Source of the DNA: Psychrilyobacter piezotolerans
GTDB lineage: Bacteria > Fusobacteriota > Fusobacteriia > Fusobacteriales > Fusobacteriaceae
Assembly: GCF_003391055.1 (NCBI RefSeq)
Contig: NZ_QUAJ01000019.1
Location: 10,812-34,811 of the forward strand
Direction of reading: 5' to 3'
Length of the DNA: 24,000 nucleotides
Shown here: piece by piece, positions 15,880-24,000 of the stretch
Layout: the number at the start of each line of letters is the position of its first letter
How positions within the stretch are numbered: position 1 is the stretch's first letter
Position numbers and translations under genes: made by a program
The notes under the pieces: model-generated
Database searches by the model: none
What the model saw: only the letters and a program-made list of their open reading frames with translations
Told to the model about the DNA's origin: nothing

Positions 15880-17094
15880 AAAGTATAGATATGTTGAAAT
15901 TATTTCTCCAGGAACGGTAAAATCCTCATATTTCCCTAACTCTCCATCAATAAAAAAGGAAGGAAGCTGTTTTTGGGATAAAACCTTATAATTCATTTCA
16001 AATAGTTTAGTTTCAATATTTTTTAAGATTAAATATTTTCTGAAATCTGGTTTGATACGTGAATTCTTTTTAAATTTTTCAAAGATAATATATCCGCTCA
16101 AAAGAGCTGAGTTCTTTTTTAAATATTTTTCTAAATTTTCAATAAGAAAACCTCTATTTCTAAAGGAAAAATTACTGCTGGTCAGATAATCTACGAGAAT
16201 ATCAACACTATTCATCTTTATTGGTATCTCTTCAACATCTGAACAGATAAAAATTATTTTTTTTTTGATACCTTTCCTTTCAAGTCTTTTTTTTAGAAAA
16301 ATTTGTGAATCCAAATTTAAATCTACAGAAATATAGGTAGTATCTTCACTGAGATTATCATAAATATTGTTCAGAAAAAAACCTATACCGCTTCCTATCT
16401 CCAATAAAGTCTTATTTTTCAAAAAATTATTGGGAATTATATTGGAAAACCATGCTGAATTTTTGTAAACATTCTCTAATAATTCATCCCTGGTATTATT
16501 AATATAACTTAATAAAAAGTCTTCAGGATAGTCATACCGGCTCTCAAAAGGAGTATCAGAAACAATAAGAATCCCATCTTTAATTAGATACTCTTTTTGA
16601 CAATGACATCTAAGAACTCCTTCTAAAATTTGATTGTCTTCTATACTCCCTTTATAAATTCCGAGATCGGACTGACAGAAAGGACATCGTAACAGATGAA
16701 GGCTGTTTAAAGGGATTCCTATCTTTATTTTTGAGTTATCCTCCTGTGAAAGTAAGTTTCCAATCTCCTTATTAAGTTCTTTATCCATTTGTCTTAGAGA
16801 TTCGATTTCTTCTTTTATTTCCTTGCTTTTTTCCAGATAGTATTTTTTATATAAATAAGAACTGGTTTTTGAATCGAGGTTTCCTAATCTTTTGGTTAAA
16901 ATAATACTTTTAATTTCACTCAAAGTAAACTTTAAAGATTTTAGACGCAGAATCTGGTTCAACGTTTTCTGGTCATTTTCTGTGAAATCATATTGATTAT
17001 TTATTTTTTTAGGATTAAGAATTCCAAGGCTTATATAATACCTAATCGTGTCCTTAGTAAGGTTATTATTTTCTGTAAAATTTCCTATTTTCAT
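15868..17094 (-). CDS. MerR-family HTH fused to a Trm112/RlmA-like zinc ribbon and a class I SAM-dependent methyltransferase
   Basis: 408 aa with RBS AAGGGGA. MerR wHTH: MKIGNFTENNNLTKDTIRYYISLGILNP...LKFTLSEIKSI. Coiled coil: KEIKEEIESLRQMDKELNKEIGNL. Cys ribbon CPFC...CHC, followed by YLIKDGILIV. MTase motifs LLEIGSGIG, ISVDLN, ICSDVEE, VDILVDY. Confidence 0.85.
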   Translation of the reverse strand: MKIGNFTENNNLTKDTIRYYISLGILNPKKINNQYDFTENDQKTLNQILRLKSLKFTLSEIKSIILTKRLGNLDSKTSSYLYKKYYLEKSKEIKEEIESLRQMDKELNKEIGNLLSQEDNSKIKIGIPLNSLHLLRCPFCQSDLGIYKGSIEDNQILEGVLRCHCQKEYLIKDGILIVSDTPFESRYDYPEDFLLSYINNTRDELLENVYKNSAWFSNIIPNNFLKNKTLLEIGSGIGFFLNNIYDNLSEDTTYISVDLNLDSQIFLKKRLERKGIKKKIIFICSDVEEIPIKMNSVDILVDYLTSSNFSFRNRGFLIENLEKYLKKNSALLSGYIIFEKFKKNSRIKPDFRKYLILKNIETKLFEMNYKVLSQKQLPSFFIDGELGKYEDFTVPGEIISTYLYFGKR

Positions 17095-17194
17095 ATAGTT
17101 CCCCTTATATGCATATTTGTAGAAGCTTTTTTATTTCGATGTTCATAAAGTTCCAATTCTTTTAAAAGGCTCCCCCTTTTTTAGCTTCATTATA

Positions 17195-17223
17195 TATATA
17201 TGATTATCTCTCAAGTTTGTCAA
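17195..17223 (-). promoter_or_regulatory. Sigma-70-type promoter of the MerR-methyltransferase gene
   Basis: Minus strand reads TTGACA (17218-17223), 17-nt spacer, TATATA (17195-17200). This predicts a leader of about 90 nt. Confidence 0.5.
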
Positions 17224-17268
17224 AAAAATGTTTTTATTTTTAATTTTGCAATATTATCTATTTTAAAG

Positions 17269-17295
17269 GTGTCGCGGCGACATTTTTCTTCTTTC
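17269..17295 (+). terminator. Small GC-rich hairpin plus T-tract of unclear role
   Basis: TGTCG (17270-17274), loop CGG, CGACA (17278-17282), followed by TTTTTCTTCTTTC. It is the only GC-rich island in a 414-bp AT-rich intergenic region. No upstream plus-strand promoter was identified. Confidence 0.3.
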
Positions 17296-17382
17296 AAAGT
17301 TTCTCCTTTATTTCAAATATTTTTTCCCCGACTATGATAAAATTGCTTAAATAAAAAAATTAATACTTTTATAAAAAAACAA

Positions 17383-17411
17383 TTGACATTACCATTCAAA
17401 AAATATATCAT
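17383..17411 (+). promoter_or_regulatory. Candidate gltB promoter
   Basis: TTGACA (17383-17388), 17-nt spacer, TATCAT (17406-17411). The palindrome TCATTAATGA (17408-17417) and ATTCA/TGAAT repeats overlap the -10 region. Confidence 0.4.
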
Positions 17412-17508
17412 TAATGAATAAATCATTCAATATATATATGTAAAATGTATAAATATAATATGATTATACTATAAATGTAGGTAGAGACTTGAAATAAAGG
17501 AGGAATTT

Positions 17509-20500
17509 ATGAAGGAACATTCAAATTGTGGAATAGGAGTAGTAGCTGATATAAACAATATCCCCCAGCACCAGATAGTCAGAGAGGGTATAAAAATATT
17601 AAACAGGTTGGAACACCGGGGAGGAACTTTAAGAGACGGCAGTGGCGACGGCGCCGGTCTTCTGGTTCAGATCCCCAGAGAATTTTTTAAAGAAAAAACA
17701 GGTATAGACGGTGATTATCATGTGGCTATGACATTTCTTCCTAAAAATGAAATTTTAAGAAAAACCTGTATAGACATAATTTTAGAGGAGGCCTCTTCTG
17801 CCGGAGCGTTTATCCTGGCTGAAAGAGAAGTCCCTGTAAAGGAGGAGATTCTTGGAAGTAGTGCAAGAAAATCTCTTCCATATATATATCAATATTTTAT
17901 AGAGATCCCTCAAAGTAAAAATAATTTTTCTGCATATACTCTCAGAAGAAATATAGAAAAAAGGATTTCTGCTGAAGGAATATTCAAAAAAGACTTTTAT
18001 TTTGCTTCCTTTTCCAATAAGACGGTAGTTTATAAGGGACTTATTACTCCCAAACAATTCAATGATTTTTATACAGACCTCTCCGAGGAAAGTTTCAAAT
18101 CTGCCTATGTAATGATTCATCAGAGGTTCAGTACAAATACCCTCCCTTCATGGGATCTGGCCCAGCCATTCAGGATTTTAGAGCACAATGGAGAGATCAA
18201 CACAATAAATGGTAATACAGCCTGGATAGAAGCCAGAAAAAATGATACTTACTCCAAAGAGTACCTAAAAGATGAGATAGAAAATATATTTCCCCTTACC
18301 GGTTCTGAAAATTCCGACAGTGCCAATCTCGACAGTGTGGTGGAATTTATGATGTATACAGGGAAAAAACTCCCTGAGATAGTTACTACCCTGGTTCCCC
18401 AGGCGTGGGAAAAAAATAATAATTTAGAAAAAAACTTAAAAGAATATTATGAGGCTAAATCTTTGGTAATGGAACCCTGGGACGGACCTGCGGGACTTAT
18501 TACATCCAATGGGGATGAGATCTTTGCATCCCTGGACAGAAATGGTCTGAGACCTATGAGATATACAATTACCACGGATAATAAACTCATTATCTCTTCA
18601 GAGATGGGAGTGCTGGATACAGATTTTTCAAAGATTGCCTGTAGCGGTAAGTTAAGTGCGGGGGAATTTCTCCATTTAGACCTTATAGAAAAAAAACTTC
18701 TGACCAGAAACGAGATAATAGAAAGGATCATAAGTACTACAGATTACACTGAAGAGATAAAAAATCTAAAAAAATACAGCAGGGCAGAGGAAATGAAGGC
18801 TCATATGGAGATAGGGGAGATAGAAAATCTTTTAGACCGATATTCATATACCAAGGAAGATATAGATATGTCTATAGAGCACCTGGCTATAGAAGGGAAA
18901 GAAATGGTAGCATCTACAAATTACGATGCGCCTCTGGCTGTCCTGGATGAAAAAAATCCCAGATTATTCTTTGATTATTTCAAGCAGAAATTTGCCCAGG
19001 TAACCAATCCTCCGACGGATTCCATCAGGGAAAAATCAATATTTTCTATCACTTCCCATTTTGGAGGGAGAAAAAATATTTTGGATTCCACCGAAGACAG
19101 GGGAATTATCCACCAGTTTACCTCTCCCATAGTGGAAAATAAATATATAAGTGGGTTAAAAAAACAAAACTCAGCCGTAATTTCAACGGCATTTGAAAAA
19201 AATATGGAAAAATCCTTAAAAGAGATCGTAGAAAATGCCCTGTCAAAAGCAAAAGAAAATAAAAATATCATCCTGACCGACAGAGGAAGCAAAAGATCCA
19301 TTCCTACATTACTTGCCATATCCGCAGTACATCATGCCCTTGTGAAAGCAGGTTTGAGAGGAAGAATAGGACTGGCTGCAGAGAGTGGCGAGATCCGTGA
19401 AATTACCCACTATGCCCTTCTTATCGGGTACGGGGCAGATCTTGTGAACCCATATCTTGTATTGGAGTATCTTGCAGTTAAAGAACTGGACACAGCTAAA
19501 TATTTAAAAGCAGTAGATGACGGGATACAGAAGATAATGTCCAAGATGGGAATATCTTCCATAGCATCCTACAGGGGAGCTAAAATATTTGAAGGGATCG
19601 GTTTATCCCGTGAACTCTGCAGTAAATATATGGGAAATACATCTTCGGATCTTGACGGACTGAATATAGAGGATATAGAAAAAGAAGTAATCCTCAGAGA
19701 AGAAGCTGGATATTCCCACAGGAAAAGCATTGGGGAGTTTATCTCTTTAAAAAATGGACTAGCTCATAAAAATTCGTATGATATGGTAAAAAAACTCCAG
19801 GAGGCAATATCTTCAAAGGACTATATGAAATATAAGGAATACAGCGACAGTTTCCATAGGGTAAAGGGAACACTGAGGGATCATTTCAATTTGAAAAATA
19901 ATCCTATTCCATTATGGGAAGTTGAATCTGAAGAAGATATATTAAAAAGATTTGTAGCAGGAGCAATGTCCTTTGGAGCTCTTTCCAAGGAAGCCCATGA
20001 GACTATAGCTATGGCATTTAATTCCATAGGAGCAATGTCAAATTCCGGTGAAGGGGGGGAAGATAATGACAGACTGAGGGATAACCGTATATCCCAGGTA
20101 AAGCAGGTAGCCAGCGGAAGATTCGGTGTAACAACAAACTATCTTATGCATGCCAGGGAACTTCAGATAAAGATGGCTCAGGGAGCAAAACCCGGGGAGG
20201 GAGGACATCTTCCGGGGCATAAGGTAAGTGAGATTATAGGAAAAGTAAGAAATACAGTTCCCGGAACAGATCTTATCTCGCCGCCGCCCCATCATGATAT
20301 CTATTCCATAGAGGATCTGGCTCAGCTGATATTTGACCTCAAAAACTTAAACACAGATGCCAGGGTAAGTGTGAAACTGGCCAGTGAAAAGGGAGTAGGT
20401 ATAATAGCCAGCGGGACAGTAAAAGCAGGGGCAGACAAGGTCGTTATATCAGGATCTGACGGGGGAACAGGAGCGGCAGTTTCTTCATCTATGAAATTTG

Positions 20501-21744
20501 CAGCTACCCCTTGGGAATTAGGACTTTCAGATACCCATAAGGTGTTATGTGAAAATGATCTGAGAGATCTGGTTAAACTCCAGGTAGACGGAGGAATAAA
20601 AACAGGATACGATATTGTTGTAGCAGCTCTTCTGGGAGCAGATGAGTATGCCTTTGGAAGCGGACTCCTTGTTGCTGAAGGATGTATCTTCTGCAGAAGG
20701 TGTCATACCAATTCCTGTCCTGTGGGAATAACAACCCAGAAGGAAGAATTGAGGAAAAAATTCACCGGGTCGGTGGAAGATATCATCATATATCTAAAAT
20801 TTATAGCTAGTGAAATAAGGGAATTACTGGGATCCATAGGAGCTAAAAGTCTAGAGGAGATAATTGGAAGATCCTCTTTATTATCCTCCGATTTGGGTTC
20901 TGGATATAAAAAATCTAAATTAAATTTTGATCCTATCTTCAGGGAGGTTAGAAGCCAAAAAGAATACTGTGGGAATATCAATACAGTGGATCATCTAAAT
21001 GAAGTGATATGTCAAAATTCAAATCACGGAAATTTGGAATATCACGGAATAATTGATAATACAAACAGATCTTTTGGGACTACAATAGCTGGAAAAGCTC
21101 AGTTAGAGGCCTTTGAGAATAATGGAAAAACAAATTTAAATATAAACCTCAGGGGATATTCGGGACAGAGTTTTGGAGCCTTTGCTGTGAAGGGACAGAA
21201 AATAACCTTAGAGGGTTATGGAAATGACTATGTAGCCAAGGGTCTCTCCGGGGGAACAATCATAATTAAAAAACCTCAGGAAGCAGATTACCCGTCTGAT
21301 ATGGGATGTATTGCCGGAAACACAGTATTATATGGAGCTACAGGAGGAGAATTATACTTAAACGGCAGTGCAGGAGAAAGATTTGCAGTGAGAAACTCCG
21401 GAGCTTCTGCTGTGGTAGAAGGTATAGGAAACCATGGGTGTGAATATATGACCGGCGGTCACGTTGTTATCTTAGGAAATACAGGAAACAATTTTGGAGC
21501 AGGAATGAGCGGAGGAACAGCCTATCTGTTGAAAGAAAAATTTTTAGAAGGTAATATAAATATGGATATGGTGGAATGCTTTGATATAAATGAAAAGGAC
21601 CTGGGAATATTAGAAGATCTATTGAAAAAACATCTGGAATATACAGAAAGTGAGATAGCAGAAAATATCCTAAAAAAAGGTTTCAAAAATAATTTTATAA
21701 AAATAGCCTCCAAAAGATATCTGGAAAAAACAAGGAATATATAA
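17509..21744 (+). CDS. gltB: Glutamate synthase large subunit
   Basis: 1411 aa with RBS AAAGGAGG. Ntn-amidotransferase Cys after a 6-residue propeptide (MKEHSN/CGIGVVAD). Central and FMN domains (SGSDGGTGAA). Fe-S Cys region CIFCRRCHTNSCPVGITTQ. C-terminal GXGXG domain (GNDYVAKGLSGGTIII, GNTGNNFGAGMSGG). Confidence 0.95.
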   Translation: MKEHSNCGIGVVADINNIPQHQIVREGIKILNRLEHRGGTLRDGSGDGAGLLVQIPREFFKEKTGIDGDYHVAMTFLPKNEILRKTCIDIILEEASSAGAFILAEREVPVKEEILGSSARKSLPYIYQYFIEIPQSKNNFSAYTLRRNIEKRISAEGIFKKDFYFASFSNKTVVYKGLITPKQFNDFYTDLSEESFKSAYVMIHQRFSTNTLPSWDLAQPFRILEHNGEINTINGNTAWIEARKNDTYSKEYLKDEIENIFPLTGSENSDSANLDSVVEFMMYTGKKLPEIVTTLVPQAWEKNNNLEKNLKEYYEAKSLVMEPWDGPAGLITSNGDEIFASLDRNGLRPMRYTITTDNKLIISSEMGVLDTDFSKIACSGKLSAGEFLHLDLIEKKLLTRNEIIERIISTTDYTEEIKNLKKYSRAEEMKAHMEIGEIENLLDRYSYTKEDIDMSIEHLAIEGKEMVASTNYDAPLAVLDEKNPRLFFDYFKQKFAQVTNPPTDSIREKSIFSITSHFGGRKNILDSTEDRGIIHQFTSPIVENKYISGLKKQNSAVISTAFEKNMEKSLKEIVENALSKAKENKNIILTDRGSKRSIPTLLAISAVHHALVKAGLRGRIGLAAESGEIREITHYALLIGYGADLVNPYLVLEYLAVKELDTAKYLKAVDDGIQKIMSKMGISSIASYRGAKIFEGIGLSRELCSKYMGNTSSDLDGLNIEDIEKEVILREEAGYSHRKSIGEFISLKNGLAHKNSYDMVKKLQEAISSKDYMKYKEYSDSFHRVKGTLRDHFNLKNNPIPLWEVESEEDILKRFVAGAMSFGALSKEAHETIAMAFNSIGAMSNSGEGGEDNDRLRDNRISQVKQVASGRFGVTTNYLMHARELQIKMAQGAKPGEGGHLPGHKVSEIIGKVRNTVPGTDLISPPPHHDIYSIEDLAQLIFDLKNLNTDARVSVKLASEKGVGIIASGTVKAGADKVVISGSDGGTGAAVSSSMKFAATPWELGLSDTHKVLCENDLRDLVKLQVDGGIKTGYDIVVAALLGADEYAFGSGLLVAEGCIFCRRCHTNSCPVGITTQKEELRKKFTGSVEDIIIYLKFIASEIRELLGSIGAKSLEEIIGRSSLLSSDLGSGYKKSKLNFDPIFREVRSQKEYCGNINTVDHLNEVICQNSNHGNLEYHGIIDNTNRSFGTTIAGKAQLEAFENNGKTNLNINLRGYSGQSFGAFAVKGQKITLEGYGNDYVAKGLSGGTIIIKKPQEADYPSDMGCIAGNTVLYGATGGELYLNGSAGERFAVRNSGASAVVEGIGNHGCEYMTGGHVVILGNTGNNFGAGMSGGTAYLLKEKFLEGNINMDMVECFDINEKDLGILEDLLKKHLEYTESEIAENILKKGFKNNFIKIASKRYLEKTRNI

Positions 21745-21750
21745 ATAAGT

Positions 21751-21786
21751 AAAAAAGACAGATATTTTTTAATATCTGTCTTTTTT
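21751..21786. terminator. Bidirectional rho-independent terminator between gltB and ribBA
   Basis: AAAAAAGACAGATATT-TTTT-AATATCTGTCTTTTTT. A perfect 16-bp inverted repeat including the A and T tracts. Confidence 0.8.
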
Positions 21787-21807
21787 ATCTACCAATTGAG
21801 ACCCATT

Positions 21808-23004
21808 TTATACCTCTTCCAGCATATGGTCTAATTTTTCTTTCTTAGTTTTTAAATATCTTTTATTCTCTTCATTGGGTGTAATTTCGATATTTTCTCT
21901 CTCTACAACATCTATTCCGTAAGATTTTAGTCCTTCTATCTTCTTGGGATTATTTGTCATAAGTTTAACCGATTTTACTCCTAAATCTTTTAATATCTGA
22001 GATCCCAATACATAATCTCTTAGATCTGCTTCAAATCCCAGTTTTTCATTGGCTTCTACAGTATCCAGCCCTTCATCCTGCAGATTATAAGCCTTCATCT
22101 TATTATAAAGACCGATACCTCTTCCTTCCTGACGCAGATAAAGGATAACTCCCTCTTCTTTCTCATCTATAGTTTTCATAGCCTTGTGTAATTGGGAACC
22201 ACAGTCACATCTACGGGATCCCAATACATCTCCTGTAAAACATTCGGAATGGATCCTTACCAATACCCCTTCCTTACCCTTTACATCTCCCTTTACCAGG
22301 GCAATATGCTCTTTATCATCCAGGCAGTTTTCATAGGCATGAAGATTAAAATCTCCCCACTGGGTAGGCATCTTGGCTACTGCCACTTCGTTTACTAAAA
22401 CGTCATTTTCTTTTCTATATTTTATAAGATCTTCTATACTTACAAGTTTTAAATTATGCTTTTTGGCAAAGATCTTCAGGTCATCTAACCTTGCCATAGT
22501 ACCGTCGTCTTTTAAAATTTCACAAATTACACCCATCGGCTTCAGCCCTGCTAAACGTGCAAAATCTACAGATGCTTCTGTATGACCGTTTCTGATCAGA
22601 ACTCCACCATCTTTAGCCACAAGGGGAAATAGATGTCCCGGTCTGTTAAAGTCATCAGCACCTTTATTTCTATCGGATAGATCTTTTATAGTCTGTACCC
22701 TGTCTCTGATGGATATTCCTGTAGTAGTATCCTTTGAATCTACAGATACTGTAAAGGCTGTCCCATGGGGATCGGTATTATTTCCTACCATTTGATTTAA
22801 CTTTAATTCCCTGGCTCTCATTCTGTCCATTGGAATACAAGTAAGTCCTCTGGCATGAACTGCCATAAAATTAATGGCATCATAGGATACCATGTCCGCA
22901 GCCATTACTATATCCCCTTCATTTTCTCTGTCTTCATCGTCTACTACAATTATCATCTTTCCCTGTTTTATATCTTCAATTGCATCTTTTATATTATCTA
23001 ACAT
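21808..23004 (-). CDS. ribBA: Bifunctional 3,4-dihydroxy-2-butanone-4-phosphate synthase / GTP cyclohydrolase II
   Basis: 398 aa with RBS TAGGAGG. RibB half: [32 protein letters not shown]. RibA half: [34 protein letters not shown]. Confidence 0.95.
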   Translation of the reverse strand: MLDNIKDAIEDIKQGKMIIVVDDEDRENEGDIVMAADMVSYDAINFMAVHARGLTCIPMDRMRARELKLNQMVGNNTDPHGTAFTVSVDSKDTTTGISIRDRVQTIKDLSDRNKGADDFNRPGHLFPLVAKDGGVLIRNGHTEASVDFARLAGLKPMGVICEILKDDGTMARLDDLKIFAKKHNLKLVSIEDLIKYRKENDVLVNEVAVAKMPTQWGDFNLHAYENCLDDKEHIALVKGDVKGKEGVLVRIHSECFTGDVLGSRRCDCGSQLHKAMKTIDEKEEGVILYLRQEGRGIGLYNKMKAYNLQDEGLDTVEANEKLGFEADLRDYVLGSQILKDLGVKSVKLMTNNPKKIEGLKSYGIDVVERENIEITPNEENKRYLKTKKEKLDHMLEEV

Positions 23005-23272
23005 AGTTATTTTCCTCCTAAACTTTTATAGATGTTACACAGATTTTTTTTGCCACCAATCTACACTAATCGATATACGAGTATTAAAATTAAGTGTACC
23101 TAAAACTTAATAAAATAATTTAAATGTATTCAATTTTATTAGTGATAATTGGTGTTTATTAGTGGCTAAGTTTTTTGGGTTATCAATTGTATATTTTATT
23201 TTTTCTCCGTATGCCTTAGTGTCCTCTTTTCTTTGTGATTAATCTTTTTTAGTTTTTACTTCTTACCTGGGT

Positions 23273-23929
23273 CTAATAAAATCCATTTTCAGCTAAAAAA
23301 CCTTCTGTGATCTTACTTTTTTTCTCAGTGACAGGACTCTCCTTAAAGTTCATCATCCTCTCCACATATTTCCCGATGAGATCGGTCTCTACATTGAGAT
23401 AATCTCCTACACTTTTGCTCCCCAAAGTTATCATCTCCTGGGTATGAGGAATCAGGGATACACTCAAGAAATCATCTCCAAAATCTACTACAGTCAGACT
23501 GGCTCCATCCAGGGTAATTCTGCCCTTTTCCACAACATATTTCATAAGTCGCGGCTCTATCTTTACCACATAGATTTTTGCTATTCCATCGGAATAAATA
23601 TTAGATATCATTCCTTCACCATCTACATCTCCCGTTACCAGATGCCCTCCCAGGGGAGTTGCCAAAGTTATAGATTTTTCTAAATTTACACGATCTCCAA
23701 CCTTTAATCTTTTAAGGTTGGTTCTTTTTACACTTTCATGCATTATGTCGGCTTGGAAATAATCTCCGCCTATCTTAGTAGCAGTCAGACAGGTTCCATT
23801 GGTCGCAATACTGTCTCCTAATTTAGCTCCTTCGATTACTTTTTCACACCTCAGTGTTATTTTAAGTGAAAGATCTCCTGTTTCCAGACCGATTACTTCC
23901 CCCATCTCCTCTACTAATCCTGTAAACAT
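23273..23929 (-). CDS. ribE: Riboflavin synthase (alpha chain)
   Basis: 218 aa with RBS AAGGAG. MFTGLVEEMGEV start and duplicated lumazine-binding repeats (GDSIATNGTCLTA, GASLTVVDF). Confidence 0.93.
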   Translation of the reverse strand: MFTGLVEEMGEVIGLETGDLSLKITLRCEKVIEGAKLGDSIATNGTCLTATKIGGDYFQADIMHESVKRTNLKRLKVGDRVNLEKSITLATPLGGHLVTGDVDGEGMISNIYSDGIAKIYVVKIEPRLMKYVVEKGRITLDGASLTVVDFGDDFLSVSLIPHTQEMITLGSKSVGDYLNVETDLIGKYVERMMNFKESPVTEKKSKITEGFLAENGFY

Positions 23930-23940
23930 AATTTTTCTCC

Positions 23941-24000
23941 TTATAAATTAAATTCTACTGCTACATTATCTCCATAGACTTTAAACTTCACATCTTTTAA
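23941..24000 (-). CDS. ribD: Partial CDS (3' end), probably ribD
   Basis: Minus-strand frame is open from the window edge: LKDVKFKVYGDNVAVEFNL*, with TAA at 23941-23943. Its end overlaps the ribE RBS. The identity is inferred from operon context only. Confidence 0.55.
   Translation of the reverse strand, partial: LKDVKFKVYGDNVAVEFNL

Noticed and set aside
17199-17469. Extra copies of ATATGATTAT (17199-17208 and 17459-17468) as additional ArsR sites near the MerR-MTase and gltB promoters
   Set aside because: Only one half-site is present, with no AATCATAT partner at N4. The word overlaps TA-rich -10-like sequence, so it is most likely compositional coincidence.
17095-17508. T-box, glutamine or other riboswitch in the gltB leader
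   Set aside because: I found no conserved riboswitch core motif, specifier/antiterminator pairing or terminator between the candidate promoter and the start codon.
17782-21713. Six 63-114-aa minus-strand ORFs inside gltB
   Set aside because: All overlap the 1411-aa glutamate synthase ORF. None has an RBS or recognisable motifs. Long antisense open frames are expected in AT-rich coding DNA.
23005-23272. FMN riboswitch (RFN element) in the ribE-ribBA spacer
   Set aside because: None of the conserved GC-rich RFN core segments is present and the region is extremely AT-rich. The riboswitch, if any, should lie upstream of ribD, outside the window.
1-24000. Window-wide search for CRISPR arrays, IS elements or transposases, integrases, phage genes, toxin-antitoxin pairs and known defence-system genes
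   Set aside because: I found no spaced direct-repeat arrays, no terminal inverted repeats flanking an ORF, and no ORF with recombinase, nuclease-NTPase or toxin signatures. The window is mainly metabolic and regulatory.

Overview
Strongly AT-rich bacterial chromosomal window with GGAGG-type ribosome-binding sites and A/T-flanked hairpin terminators. The style resembles Fusobacteria or a low-GC Firmicute, but the taxon cannot be proven from the sequence. Left to right: (1) the tail of an unknown ORF; (2) an arsR-acr3-arsC arsenic cluster carrying two copies of an ATATGATT-N4-AATCATAT palindrome, each overlapping a promoter; (3) a membrane-anchored GGDEF diguanylate cyclase; (4) a minus-strand catabolic operon encoding an mngA-like PTS EIIABC, a GH38 alpha-mannosidase (mngB-like), a secreted EEP-family hydrolase, a YczE-type membrane protein and a decayed small ORF; (5) a divergent PRD-type (MtlR/LicR-like) activator followed by class I mannose-6-P isomerase; (6) a frameshifted DHA3-type MFS exporter preceded by a gene fusing a MerR HTH, a zinc ribbon and a SAM methyltransferase; (7) a stand-alone glutamate synthase large subunit; (8) the distal part of a riboflavin operon (ribD'-ribE-ribBA) on the minus strand. 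I saw no rRNA, tRNA, CRISPR array, IS element, integrase or recognisable defence or toxin genes. The most unusual item is the MerR-methyltransferase fusion, which sits upstream of a 19-bp-spacer (MerR-style) promoter driving the efflux pump. Secondary oddities are an ArsC-like protein with CX5K instead of CX5R, dual ArsR operators, a repeated terminator module, a 268-bp non-coding spacer inside the rib operon, and reading-frame defects near A/T runs. All function calls rest on motif recognition by eye; no database search or folding computation was possible.
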